Assembly (NCBI GenBank): GCA_965113315.1
Contig: OZ220382.1
Origin: Podarcis vaucheri
Taxonomy: Eukaryota
Direction: 5' to 3' (one strand)
DNA: 64,000 nt
Below are positions 39,855 to 53,000 of the stretch, one piece after another. The notes below the pieces were generated by a model, which was given only the letters and a program-made list of their open reading frames with translations, made no database searches and was not told the DNA's origin. A program made the position numbers and the translations under genes. Numbering within the stretch: the first letter of the stretch is position 1; each line of letters opens with the position of its first letter.

Positions 39855-39980
39855 TTTTTTTAAAAAAACATTGTCCAGTAGCACCTTAGAGACCAACTAA
39901 GTTTGTTCTGGGCATAAGCTTTTGTGTGCATGCACACTTCTTCAGTTACTGTGTCAGACCAACACGGATACCTACCTGAC
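39855..39980 (-). mobile_element. Short remnant of a second PLE family (Neptune-like pseudo-LTR) with a mutated hammerhead at 39915-39945
   Basis: Minus strand reads CTGAAGA-A-GTGTG-catg-CACAC-AAAAGCTTA then gttggtctctaaggtgctactgga, resembling reptile PLE termini; GAAA box reads AAAA, consistent with CpG decay. Confidence 0.7.
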
Positions 39981-41345
39981 TCAAGAACCAATGTAACAGT
40001 GGAAAAGCTGTTGGGACTTGGCACACAGAGACCTGGGTTCAGATTCTACTCATCTGTGATTCTGTTCATCCATCTGTTGGCCTAACATAGATCACAAGAT
40101 TTATTGTGAGGATCAAGTGAAATAATGCCCCTGTATATGCCACCTTGACCTTCATTGTGGAAGGGCAGGATACAATCATGATGGCAATCATCAGTCTTGA
40201 ACTGCCCTTTACAAATAGTTTTATGGGAAAGAAGGATTGGTTGGTTGGAATGGTATAGGTAGGACACCTAGACTGCATTCGGACAGCACATTCTTCCATT
40301 TTCTAGATCTTCCCTTGCCTGTTATTTATTTGCATTTAATGATATCTCTCACTCAGAATAAAACCATTTCTGGAATCCTAGGAAAACCTAGTGGAAGTTT
40401 AGTGCTCATTTCTGTGTGAATTGCTTTCGGGGGCAGGGGGGAAATCAACCTGGTCAGACTTGAAAACCATGGGATGAAATTCAGGGCTGCATTGTGGCAT
40501 ACAGTTCTCTCCCGCCATTTTCATGGGTAAATCATGTGGGAACAGAAGGACGCAGTTGCCACCCCATGCCCACTAGTTTGAATGTAATTTAGTATGACAT
40601 GGTGTGTGTGTTGTTTTTTAAAGAGTTCCATGATGCAGGAAGTATTGCAGTGTAAGAAGAATGCTAGAAACTGGGACACAAATACTGTCATTTTATATAG
40701 ATATAGAAAGCTTTTCTTCTTAATGTTTAAACAACAACACATACACAACAACAAAAACTCCTACTGCTTTAATAACTATGATGCTACCCAGAATATAGCC
40801 ATATTATATAACCAATCAAAGAAAAGGAAGAATCCAATGCAATAAAGGAAAAACAGAACAGTATCAGAAATCAAACCAGTCAAAAGATTTAATATGATGT
40901 AGGATAGTGTCAATTATCCATGTTGTTCATATTCATAACAAAACAGTGTCAATCTGCTGTTTTAAGCTTTTCATTTAAAGCAATCGGCCACACCATTTTA
41001 TACTATGTCTTAAGAGTTGCCCCTTCCAATCCCTTCCAGAATGTGGCAGTCACCAACCTTGGCCACCACCTGTAAATATTCAATTAATGATTTAAAGCGA
41101 ACATTCAAGTTTTCACCATGAAATAAATTCAACCTGGCTAGCTCACTTGTCTTTTGTAGGTGTTGGCCAGTAAGTTCACAGATCTCCGTAAAGACAGGAT
41201 AAAAGATGGAGAGAGATTATCGTATTTCCAGCACTTGTCATAGTCAGTCTCTCAGCCTAAGCTACCTCATAGAATAACAGGGGAGCAGAAGAACTGCATA
41301 TGCTGCTTTGAACTACTTGCTGACAAACTGGACAAAATTATAGTT

Positions 41346-41383
<38 letters not shown>

Positions 41384-41386
<3 letters not shown>

Positions 41387-41728
41387 GGTAAAGGTACCCC
41401 TGCCCGTACGGGCCAGTCGTGTCCGACTCTAGGGTTGTGCGCTCATCTCACTCTATAGGCCGGGAGCCAGCGCTGTCCGCAGACACTTCTGGCCATCGTG
41501 ACAAGCTGCATCTGGCGAGCCAGCGCAGCACATGGAACGCCGTTTACCTTCCCGCTGGTAAGCGGTCCCTATTTATCTACTTGCACCTGGGGGTGCTTTC
41601 GAACTGCTAGGTTGGCAGGCGCTGGAACCAAACGACGGGAGCGCACCCCGCCGCGGGGATTCGAACCACTGACCATGCGATCGGCAAGTCCTAGGCACTG
41701 AGGTTTTACCCACAGCACCAGCCGCGTC

Positions 41729-41730
<2 letters not shown>
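41384..41730 (-). mobile_element. Sauria SINE, different subfamily, between (TG)n 41348-41383 and (AT)n 41731-41774
   Basis: Same head, B box and tail; distinct 3' end (aaaggtacccctgcccgtacgggccagtcg); many CpGs retained. Confidence 0.9.
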
Positions 41731-41776
<46 letters not shown>

Positions 41777-43039
41777 CCAGGAAGCACATGCTATGTTACA
41801 AAATGACTGCAGCATTGCAGCAAATCCTACCCTGACACACTGATGATACATGTGACATTTCAGTCACATGGCACATTCTAGGGGATATAGCCGTGAGTAT
41901 AAAAATCATAAGGAAATTACAAAGTGAAGTGGTGAAATTGTCCGCCTCAATCTGCCGTCAATTTTCCAATTACCTTTAATTATCTTAATGTACATTTTCA
42001 GACTCAAAATTAGCGGCAGCCACATGATGTAACCCTATTAATGTCCTAAGGGTCCACTTTAGGCTCTTTCAATTCCATTTCTGTCCTTCACAGTATGATC
42101 TCCCCTCTCAGACCTTTTTCTTCCTGAGGCTGTGAAGCCATGACTGAGCTGTGCCACTTCAGGCTGCAGGAAGTCTCTGCCATCACGGAATAAGCCTCTG
42201 TCCCAAAACAATTAACAGCACATGGGAAATTAGATGCCCCATGGTGAAGGGATTTGGCGTAAGTCTTCTCCCTGTCATACCAGGGCTGCAGATATTTATT
42301 TAGATATTTATAGGCTGTGTTTTCATAATATTACAGCAAGGCTGTGTACAACATTCAAAATTGCAGTAAGATCAATAAGAACATCAATAAATACTGGTCA
42401 GGAAAAAGGAAATTGTGCTTCAAAAGCCTGTCTGAATAACACCGTTTTCAGGATTCTGTCTGATTTCTTCCCAGCTGTACTGGCAAGGAGTTCCTCAGGG
42501 CAGGGCCCACCACATAGGCAGGGCTCAGTCCCCAGCAAAGGCCATCCAAAACTCAGAGATGTGGGGAAACATCAGAGGTTCCCCATCAGAGGAGATCTCA
42601 ATGAGCAAAGTAAAGCAGAAGGTATCAGTTGTTTAGTGCTCCCGAGGTGTTTAAGGCTTTGTGCATTAACACAAGAACCTTGAATGTGGCCCAGTATCAA
42701 ACTGGGAGGCAGGCAGACATGAAGGAAGCAAGGAATCAGCATGAATGGGCAGCACTATTTTTCTAGAAAAAAGAGGTGTTGGGACTCACCATGAACGCCT
42801 CCCTTGTTTGCTTATAATGGCAATGGTGCCCACCAGAGAGGTGCCAGAACTGAATTCCAGTTACTAGGTTGGTACCATGATGGCACAGGGGCAGGGTGGG
42901 GTGATAACAAACTTGGGGCTGGCTTCATGTTGGTTCTGCCTGTTCCTGCTTTCCACCATCTTGGTACCATCATAGTAAATGGCAGTAACTCTACTGTTGG
43001 AAGGACAATGGCATGGCACTGCCCAAACTCACCAGATGC

Positions 43040-43040
<1 letters not shown>

Positions 43041-43077
<37 letters not shown>
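43041..43077. repeat. (AG)n microsatellite
   Basis: Seen directly. Confidence 0.95.
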
Positions 43078-43080
<3 letters not shown>

Positions 43081-46000
43081 TTACCCCTGGATTGTAATGA
43101 AACTTCAAAGGGATTACAAAAAGAATGAAATAATAAAATTACCAGTAAAAAAGAACAGTTCAAAACAGCTATCTAAAACATTTAAAAATAAATAAATCTT
43201 CAATAAGTTTAAAAAATAGATTAGAATGCATGTCATCGTTGTACATACCTGGAATGGCTTGCTTAAACAAAAATGTTTTTAGCAGGTACCAAAAAGAGTA
43301 CAGTGAAACAGCTTGTGTGATAAGAGACTAGTAGTGGTAGATAAATATAACCCCCACCTGCTTCTTAAGGTGGTGCTGCCCAGATAGAGCTATATGGCTT
43401 CGGTGACAACTGGGCCTTTGAGTACTTGGGAGTGTTTAGAAACCCCCTTCCTGCTTCATTTAAATAAAAACAGAAGCACAGAAATCATTATTACTTGTCT
43501 GGGGGGTGGAACCCTTGCTAAGCCTACATTTATGTAGGTTGAACAAATATCCCAACTGAGAGAAAGAGCGAGCAAGGTATCTGAAATCCTTTAAATTAAT
43601 AATCAAAAGTTCACATCACGTCTCAGACAAATCAAACTTAGCCAGGAAGACGAGAAGCAGAAATTATTAACTCTGTAGTCAAGCTGATGGAGGTTCAGTG
43701 AGATCATTTTGTTCAAAGATTAAAGGTGATGAGTGCTAAAGTAATTGAGGAGGATGACTATGACAATATTAGACTAGAACCATTAAAGTCAGTAATGATC
43801 AAAAGTTAATTATCAAAGCAGAGAGAACTACTCAATGCAGACAATTTGTGTCAATAGCTAGCTATCCCAAGAAAGAGAACTGGGTGAGAGAAGGGACTAA
43901 TTTGGAGACAGTATTTTCTTATAATGACGTTACAGCAAAGATGCATATTTCAAAGGATGTTGGCTACAAAAGGAGAGATTAAGAAAATAATGCATTTTTC
44001 CCCTGATCAAAGAATAATAATTATCTCTAATTGGCAAACCTGCTGCATACAACATGTTTTCATACAATGTATTTTTGGATTCAAATGCAACGTGTACTCA
44101 ATGAAGCATCAATGAATGGTGCTTTGATTACAGTATTCCTCATAGTGGCCAGATTTTCTATTTGTTTCTTTATTAGTGGGGAGTCCCAGCACTGCCTAAG
44201 TCCTTTCAGAAACCAAAAAAACATTGTAATTTTAAAGTGGACAGTGTAGTTTTGGAGCTTGGAATAGGTTTAACAATGTCTTGATATGTGTCACCAAACT
44301 TGACACAAGGGTTCCCGTAGTGTCGGTGAGGGTCAATATTGATGTTTTCATGCTGGACTCCATTTTAAATCAAGCTGGTAGATTAAACTGTTACTTTGGC
44401 ATGACTTCTCCCAGTTTTTGGCGTGAAAGATCTAAACTCACAAATTACACTATCCATTTAAAAATCACAAAATTTGAGTGTTTCTTTAATTAATTAAAAA
44501 AAAGCATGGCCAGCTCCAGGCACTCCTCTAGTATATATTTTAGGAAATTGCTTGTCTATTTCTTCTCTATGCATTTAGACAACTCTTGAAATAAAATCAC
44601 CAAACAATTTTTCTTGTTGTTATTTGAATTTCTGGGCAGTGCTGGGCACTTCCCACTAGCTGTTACTATTTTAAACTTGTGTGCTGCCTTGTCACAAAAA
44701 AATGGCATCTTTGCAACGCGCAGAAAATAAAAATGCAGCAAAACAATAGTGACAATTTTATTCCAAAATGTAATATCAGCATTTCCAGAAAGCTTTCAAT
44801 AAGCCCCAAATCAGCAACAAAGTCCTGTGCAACCTTAAAGACTTTAAAAATCTATTATGATATAATAAGCATTTGTGTGCTAGAGTCCATGATATCCATA
44901 TCTGCATTTTAATAGCAGTGTTTTAATAAACAACCCTGTAACATTTCATTTCAATGAACATGACATCAGCATTTCAGTAAACCATAAAATGCCAGACCCT
45001 ATAAAGGAGCAGCAGAAATAATGAAATCTATCCTAGTAACAATAAGAAACTGCTTAGCAAAACTGAAGAGAGTAGACACAGAAAGGGAAAGGGAAAGGGA
45101 AATATTTTGTAGCCTAACAGAGACTCCAAAAACCCTTATTAAGGCAATATATTTATTAAGCTAACCAATAGATTAAACCAGAGTTGGGCAAGTTGTAGCT
45201 CAGTGACAGAATATCTGCTTTTCACAATTCCCAGCATCTCCAGGGCTGGGAAGGATACCTTGTACGTGAAATGCTGGAGAGTTTCTACCAGTAAGTGTAG
45301 GCAGCATGATCCAGATGGACCCTAACAGTGTGACTCAGTTGGAGGCAACTTCCTATGTTCCTATCACAAAATATGGGGTACACTTTTGAGTTCCACAGAA
45401 CTTTAATCAGGCTGGGCGATAATCCAAACTGGGGTGTATGTGTATGCATGGCCTTAAACATCAGCACATTTTTTCCCCCTTCCCATCTCAAAATGGCTCC
45501 CATTTGCCAACTAGCCTGTCTTAGCTTCCCTCTGGTAGTGCTCACTCCCTTCATTCTGCCTATCTGTGGCCACATTGCCTACACCTGCTGCCTCTTTTAT
45601 ATCATCCCTTTGGTTTTTGTTTGGGATAAGCAATCATGTCAGAGCCAGCCCTACCATTAGGCAGAGATGGCCACCTCAGGTAGTAGATGCTGTGCAGGCA
45701 GGAAGCAACAATAGTAGCCCCTCTCCATGTGCCTAAGGCTTCCAGTCTGCTGGAGAACAGAGCTGTGCCACCCTCAGATGCAGCGGAGGATACCATCCCC
45801 TTGCCAATGTTGATTCAGCCAACTTTTTCACGTACGGTAGGGAAGGTCCTTCACTTCAGACTGCAAAATGTCTTGGGCCGACCCTATATGCAGACATTTT
45901 GGCAGAGGGAAAGGGACTTGTCAACTGGCTGCTGGCATTGGGATCAGAGGTGCTTACCCTTGGTGGACACACCTTGAGGCCACAAGATTCCACAAACTCA

Positions 46001-46460
46001 AATGATTGCTTTCTCATTCTTGAACCTTTTCTGGCTCCTCAGAAAAGTCTATGACACTATTTTTAGTGTCAGCTTTGCTGTGTTCATCAAAATAAACTGC
46101 ATGGTGCACACTCGTCTTACCAGTTTGTAAGTCCAAAATTCTTTATCCCTTGCCTCCAGAGGTGTACCCGACAAGGATACCTGCTTGTGCCCTGGAGTCA
46201 AGTTTGTGTCTATGTTCTTTGGGGACATGGTAGTAACATAGACTTCCAAACACACATATGTGTGACAGGTTGGGAATTCTCCCATGCCAAAGTTTGAAAG
46301 GTGTGTGTTTAGCTCCCTTGGTTCTGGATTTACACTACTGTGTTTGCTGCATCTGCCCACAGCTTCTGTGGCAGGGATGCATTCTTTAACATGCATCTTG
46401 CCATCTCCATGATGGAACTAAACTTTCTCTCAGCTATGGAGTTCTGTTGTGGTGTGTAGG

Positions 46461-46890
46461 GAATGGTCAAAGGCCTGGAAACAATGCCTTATGAGGAACG
46501 GCTAAGGGAGCTGGGCATGTTTAGCCTGGAGAAGAGGAGGTTAAGGGGTGATATGATAGCCATGTTCAAATATATAAAAGGATGTCACATAGAGGAGGGA
46601 GAAAGGTTGTTTTCTGCTGCTCCAGAGAAGCGGACACGGAGCAATGGATCCAAACTACAAGAAAGAAGATTCCACCTAAACATTAGGAAGAACTTCCTGA
46701 CAGTAAGGGCTGTTCGACAGTGGAATTTGCTGCCAAGGAGTGTGGTGGAGTCTCCTACTTTGGAGGTCTTTAAGCAGAGGCTTGACAACCATATGTCAGG
46801 AGTGCTCTGATGGTGTTTCCTGCTTGGCAGGGGGTTGGACTCGATGGCCCTTGTGGTCTCTTCCAACTCTATGATTCTATGATTCTATGA
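46461..46890 (+). mobile_element. Young CR1 LINE 3' fragment (ORF2 C-terminus + 3' UTR)
   Basis: Intact peptide [23 protein letters not shown]...[17 protein letters not shown]; tail (ATTCTATG)n. Confidence 0.95.
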
Positions 46891-47210
46891 CTTGTTGCAT
46901 GGGGTAGTTATAAACAGAACTGTGTAGCATTATCTTCCACAGAAGCAGAGTATGTTGCAGCTAGAGAAGCATGCTGAGAGGTTGCCTGGCTGGATCAACC
47001 CATTAAGGACTTTGGGTTGGTGAGCAAGGTACCTGCTAAGCTGCTAGAGGACAATCAGAGTTGCATGAAGCAATCTCTGAGTGATAAGTTCCACACAAGA
47101 ATGAAATACATTGGCGTAAAGTACCACTACATTTGCGAAATGATTCCAAGTGGACTTGTGGAATTCTCTTATTGCAACACCAGAGAGATGAGGCGGATTG
47201 TTTAACACCA
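46891..47210 (+). pseudogene. Ty1/copia RNase H domain relic
   Basis: Translates LVAWGSYKQNCVALSSTEAEYVAAREAC*EVAWL...LLEDNQSCMK...KFHTRMKYIGVKYHYICE; matches copia motifs VALSSTEAEY, EDNQ and TKHIDVKYH; one stop, then a frameshift before ADCLT. Confidence 0.9.
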
Positions 47211-47468
47211 GAGAGATGAGGGGGATTGTTTAACAACTTTGCTAAGTTATAGAACTTGCTGGTGCAAGTTAGGAAGGATATAATAAAATAATATATCCCC
47301 TCCTGCCTCCCTAAACATCCCCACACCCATCACTACTGTCAACTTCCTGATAGCTTTTTCACATCTCCACTGAGAAAGCAGTTGACGAGAAGAGGGACAT
47401 TGAGAAGCCCACAGACATATGGCACATTATATAGGTAGAAAATTCAGAAGCAGCAGATTATGCCATCG

Positions 47469-47470
<2 letters not shown>

Positions 47471-47512
<42 letters not shown>
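47471..47512. repeat. (AT)n microsatellite
   Basis: Seen directly. Confidence 0.95.
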
Positions 47513-47515
<3 letters not shown>

Positions 47516-48950
47516 ACACACATATGAACGACATTACCGCTAAAATCTCCAACAGCTTAAACAGCTTGATAGACTCTAGCCATTCTGCCATCCGTGCCCC
47601 CAGCTGTGTTGCTTAGCAACATTTTAATTCAAGAAGAATGGATGGAGATGAAATCCCTGCGGAGAGGGAAACAGAAATAAGAGGGCCGTTGACAGATGAT
47701 CTGAGTTGTTTCTTCTAATATACTGTGAAGATCACCAGCTCTTTTCATGAATGATAAATGGACTGTATACAGATCAATGGATTCAGCAATAAACTGGAAC
47801 CAGCCTCTGAATCTGAGGCGGTGCAGGCCAAGAGGCCTGGATAGTTACTCATTTAGAAGATTTGGAGTGTGTTTTCTTAAAGGTTTCACAGGAGGAAATT
47901 GATCTGAACATTTGGTCATCCCATCTTGCCTTTTTCTGTTGATGGCTAATAAAAAATAGCTTTGGAGAAAGAATCTATTCTGCCATGATAGATATAATTC
48001 TTCTGATCTCATTGTTTAAGACTGACAGTAGCTAAGATGAAGTTAATTTCTCAGTTGCTGCAATAATTCTAAACAAATTTACTTCCTGGTTTGTTAGATC
48101 TGTGCCAATTTGTGATGACCATAAAATCTAAATTTTAAAAAGCATAAAAAACTTAGAGTGCAATTCTATGTATTTCTATTTGAAAGTGAGTCCCACTGGC
48201 TTTCAGTTAGTTCCCCCCCCCACACACACACATAGTGTTGTTGGCTAATCTTATGTAACTTCAGACTATTAAACTGTGTGTCTGTTTATCTGAATTTCTA
48301 GAGTATTGATGACTGGAATTCAAAAACATTTAATCAGGAGAAAGTCAAACTCATACAAGCACAAGTCCACAATCCGGTTCTCTCATGCAGGCATGAAGTC
48401 CATCACAGCAATGTCTTGCGTATCCACACATTCACAAGCCATTGGCCAAAGGTGAATGGAGATGTGGACACCATTTTGACCCAGATTAAAAAAGTTTTAT
48501 TCATTTTATGCCCTTGCCCATTACGTTTAGATTCTTGATACAAAATAAGAACATAAGAATGGCCAATGACCCGTCCACTACCCTGCTTTCACAGGGGCCA
48601 CCCAAATGCCCAGGGGAAACTCTCACACAGGACCTTAGCACAAGAACATTTCCCCCTCCTGTGGTTTCCAGCAACTAGCATTCAGAAGCACTACTGCTTC
48701 CACAGCTGCAGGCAGAGCATACCTATTATGGCTATTACCCACCGATAGTCTTATCCTCCATTAACTTGTTCAATCATCTTTTAAAGCCATCCAGGTTGGT
48801 GGCCTCCAGTGGGAACGAGCTCCCCTAGGCTGACTATTTGTTGTGCAAATTTTAGCCATGTAAAGGAACTCAAGGAGAAGCTGTGGATTTGGGGTGATTT
48901 AAAAACAAGCAAACCCCTAATTGCCATGGTATCAATCAAGCCCCTTGAAG

Positions 48951-49040
48951 CATAGCTGTCAACTTTTCCCTTTTCTTGTGAGGAATCCTATTTGGAGTAA
49001 GGGAATTTCCCTTTAAAAAAGGGAAACATTGATAGCTATG
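48951..49040. mobile_element. 90-bp hAT-type MITE
   Basis: 8-bp TSD CCTTGAAG (48943-48950, 49041-49048); about 24-bp imperfect TIR catagctgtcaacttttccctttt. Confidence 0.85.
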
Positions 49041-50034
49041 CCTTGAAGTGTCTTGGTTTTGACTTTTTCCCTCACTCTACAGAATTTAACACCCCTTTGT
49101 CCAAGTCCTTTGCATTCAAGTCTGCCCCTGCTCAGCAGGACAGCAAAGTCACATTCCTGGGGGTTTTGAGCCCACCTCACCTCATTATATTTGACATAAT
49201 GCCTAAACATATTCTCAGGCCTAGGCACAAATGAATCTACATGTCTGCACATGGTTTAGCCATTTCAACAAATGTGTTAAGGTGCTGGCAGCTGCTGCAC
49301 ATGCATGCAACCTTCTGAACCATATGTCAGTTTGACCCATTTTCAGATAACAGAGCTCCAGAAGTTCAGCACTATGTGCACTTTGCCCCAGCTTCTGGTT
49401 AAAATATGTGCATTGCTTGACTGGCAGACACAGATTAGCCAGGATCTTGAGAGAGACTCAATTCACAAGTAATCCAAGCTTGTGTGGGAGATGCTTCTGG
49501 TGAGCACCGCACTCTATGGTCCTGCATTCATTACCATGGCCACAGGAGCAAAGGTGATTACAGACGTCTCTGTTACCCAGCTAGCGCCATTCCTCCCAGT
49601 GGGGTGCAATAGCATTGGAAAGGGCTCCACAATCCACTCTGTCTTTGTGGCCACATTAAGGTTACACTACAGAAGCTGCTCCTCAGTGGTGACTGCACAT
49701 GTAATGGATGCCACTGTGAGATCCCCAGCATTCACGCCATCGCTTTACCATCTGCCTCTCTGAGGTTCTGTGGTGTTGCAATTTTTCTACCAGTCTTCAG
49801 CACCACTAACCCATTAAAAGTGATAAACAGTTGTTTCTCTTGCTGTGCTTCCTGCTTAATTATGGAGGCTTCCAGTACAATATTGTGCATATTCATTTGC
49901 AGTTCTCAGAAATATGCTGGTGTCTGTGTGTGCGTGTGTGTCTTAAGAAAATATCTTGGGTTTACCTCTGTCTTTCTAAAAGGCTGCTCTTGCTAAGATT
50001 AACTAACGGCTCATTCACTTTCCTATTTTTATAG

Positions 50035-50072
50035 ACTGCAGAGAAGACAAAGCCTCGAAACATTCCTGTAAA
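50035..50072 (+). CDS. AFF2: Internal coding micro-exon (38 nt, phase 0 to 2), probably AFF2; encodes TAEKTKPRNIPV(N/K)
   Basis: Branch point ACTAAC (50002-50007), pyrimidine tract, TAG acceptor, consensus AA|GTAAGT donor; phase fits the 26885-26936 exon; peptide resembles human AFF2 AVEKAKPRNNPVN (as recalled) more than the equivalent AFF3 exon. Confidence 0.8.
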
Positions 50073-53000
50073 GTAAGTTATTTTTAATATCCCTTTGAGA
50101 GAAAAAAATCAGGTTTAATGAACTTCAAGCAAAAAAAAAAAGGAAACCCCACACCTGGGCAATAAAAACATAGTGACTCAGGTTACTCTGTAGTCATAGC
50201 CTTTTCTATTTTTTTTTTAAGTCCCTGATCAACAAGGACAGGTTTTACATTTTCCATGGCTCGCTAATGGCTACAGGCTCCAAGTTGTCCCTGGTTTACA
50301 TAAATTAATATGTGTCATCTATGAATAGCTGCTAAATGATATTATAATCACATTCAGTGCAGAGATCTCCTAGCCTTGAGGGGGAGTGTGCCCACGCTAA
50401 AAAGATTATGATTTTTAATTGCAATCTCTGGGAAGGTCTGACAGAGGGGAAATAACACAGAGTATGTAGGACACATGGGAATAACATTTTGCACCTATGT
50501 TCCTGGGCCCTTCCTAGCCTGTTGCTTATACATATGGAAAACGCTCCCATGTGCATGAAAAGAGCTACAAGATGAGATAAGCAGTCTGCCAGACATTGGC
50601 TCCAAAGGCATCTCAGATTGTATTTACTCCATTGCTTTGGAGGCCCCATAGTTTAATGTTGCTGATAATGATGTAGGGCCCACAAAGTCTGTGGTGCCTC
50701 TCAGGGTAAGTTTATGCAAGCCCAACAGCAAGATCCTTTTCCCAGAGGATTTGCAGGAGCCAAACTACACCTTACTTCAGTTCATAGCAGTGTTTCTGCT
50801 ATGGTTTTTAAATAGCACCTGCAGAGAGGTTTGACAAGAGCCATGGTGTGCAGGGAAAGGCAATGAGCAATTTCTCCACATATCACTGTCCTGATAAAAA
50901 ATTACCACTACCACCCCACACCTTCAACATACTGTCAGCCACAGAAGGGAAGGTGCTTTGAGCATCATCTACTCCCAAACTGTACCTAGAAGTGTCTTAA
51001 GGAGTGGCTGGTGCACAATAGTCATGGTTTCTGTGGGGTTTGGATCATGTGAATGGACCCAGCAGAAGTGTGAGACTTAAGGTGGTGCGGTAGGGAGTAA
51101 GATTCAGGTGTACGGCCAACCAGCCAGACTAGATCTCCCCAACTCCATGTATTATTTATGCTCTGTTGCCTTTCTATTTGAAATATTTTCTGAATGCATC
51201 CTTGGGTTTTGCTTCAATTAGTTCCCATGGGAGCAAATTAGGCATATTAATTACATTCTGCTTGGTATTTTTGATATGTTTTATTAGTTTACCCACCTGT
51301 GCAAAGTTACTATTTTCCCATTAAAGCTGCAGTTCTCACAGTGCAATGTAAGCCTCTTTAATGAGGCTCTTTCTACCAGGGGGTCTAAATGCCTCTCTCT
51401 CCTAGCCTGGCTTACACACAGCTCTTCATTGTGGCTGCCTACACACCATACATTTAAAGCACATGGTTTCCCCCAAAGAATTCTAAGAACTGCAGTTTAA
51501 TCCCTCACAGAGCTACCTTTCCCAGCATCCTTAACAAACTACAGCTCCCATGATTCTTTGGAGGAAAGTTTGCTGCCTGAGTCTCCCTGCTTTTTGTCAC
51601 AATTGAGTTGGCGCTGGGGAAACCCCCCAGTTTTCAGTGGGCATGCACCACTGAAATTATGTGTGTCAGCTTCTCAGTAGGTTGTGTATGTGTGTTGTTT
51701 GATTCCCCAGTTATCCCAAACTTCAATTTAAATCAGATTTGTGGGACTGTAAAGTGTTTTCTGTATCCAAAACTAAGAGTTGTCACTTGTTGAGTTGTGC
51801 ATCCTTACTTTGGGTTCATAGAATCTTAGAATTGTAGAGTGGAACCCCCTACAATGCAAAAATATGCAGCCACCCCATATGGAGATTGAACCTGCAATCT
51901 TGGCATTATCAGCATCATGCTGTAACCAGCCTAGCTACCTAGGCTGTGCCGAACCAAACTATACTTAGAGTAGACTAAATGAATTGATGCACCAACAATA
52001 ATTATGCATTGATTTCAGTGGATCTGCTCTATGGCTAATATTGAATACAACCTTCATCCCTTATTATACTTTGGAGACATTTTCATGATATACCGTAGTG
52101 AAGCACATTAAATTCATAGGACTATAGTGTTTGGGGGTCATCTGTTCCAGGGGTTTTGAATTCAGAGGCACATTTAGAAATCTAAGAAACTGTTGTAGTT
52201 GCCACAAAATATTCTGAGGGGGGAAAGGTGATGCTCAGGACCCCTTCCCATTTAAAAAAAATAAATTAAAATTGAGAGAGCCAGGGACCTTGAGGGACAC
52301 AGGGGGTGTCTGAGGTGCCCATGGATGTAACATTAAGGACACCAGATTTAGTCCAGCTCCTTCCCAGTTCAGGGTATACAACAAGGATGGAAGCCAGCAA
52401 TTCCTGAAGGACCATACCTGATTTATGATGCAGATTGCAACTACAGCATCTCTGATATATGGACCCTCACTCTCTGCTTAAATACCTCCAATGAAAGAGA
52501 GCCCATCCCCTTTGCTGTTGAAAATCTTTCCAGCACTTGGAAGTTTCCCTTAATGATTACCTGAAATCTTGCTCCTTGCCATTTCCACTCCTTGACTGTA
52601 CTGCTGCATTCTGAGGCAACAAAAGGATTGGTCTGCTCTGTTTCCTTTACTGACCTCCCTCCGCACTGTCTGTTAGCATAGACAGACTGGCCAAAAACAT
52701 TGGCAGGTGTGGCCAATGGGCATAACTGGCTTACGTTCATTGATTTCAGCAGGTCTACTCTAACTGGGTTGAATACAACCCATTAAAACATGGGGAGATG
52801 CTTCACAGAACATTGGTCCATCTAATTCAGTGTTCTTAGTTCAGTGTTGTTCACACTGACTGGCAGCGACTCTCCAGAGTTTTTCAGAAGAGGGCATTCC
52901 AAGCCCTAGCCCAGGATGTCCCAAGCATCCCATGACAACTAATTGTGCACTCCAGAATGTGCCACAGAATACCTGGCCAGTTTATTGAGTTTCATTCTGG

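Noticed and set aside
46463-46810. 115-aa ORF as a host gene
   Set aside because: CR1 ORF2 C-terminus.
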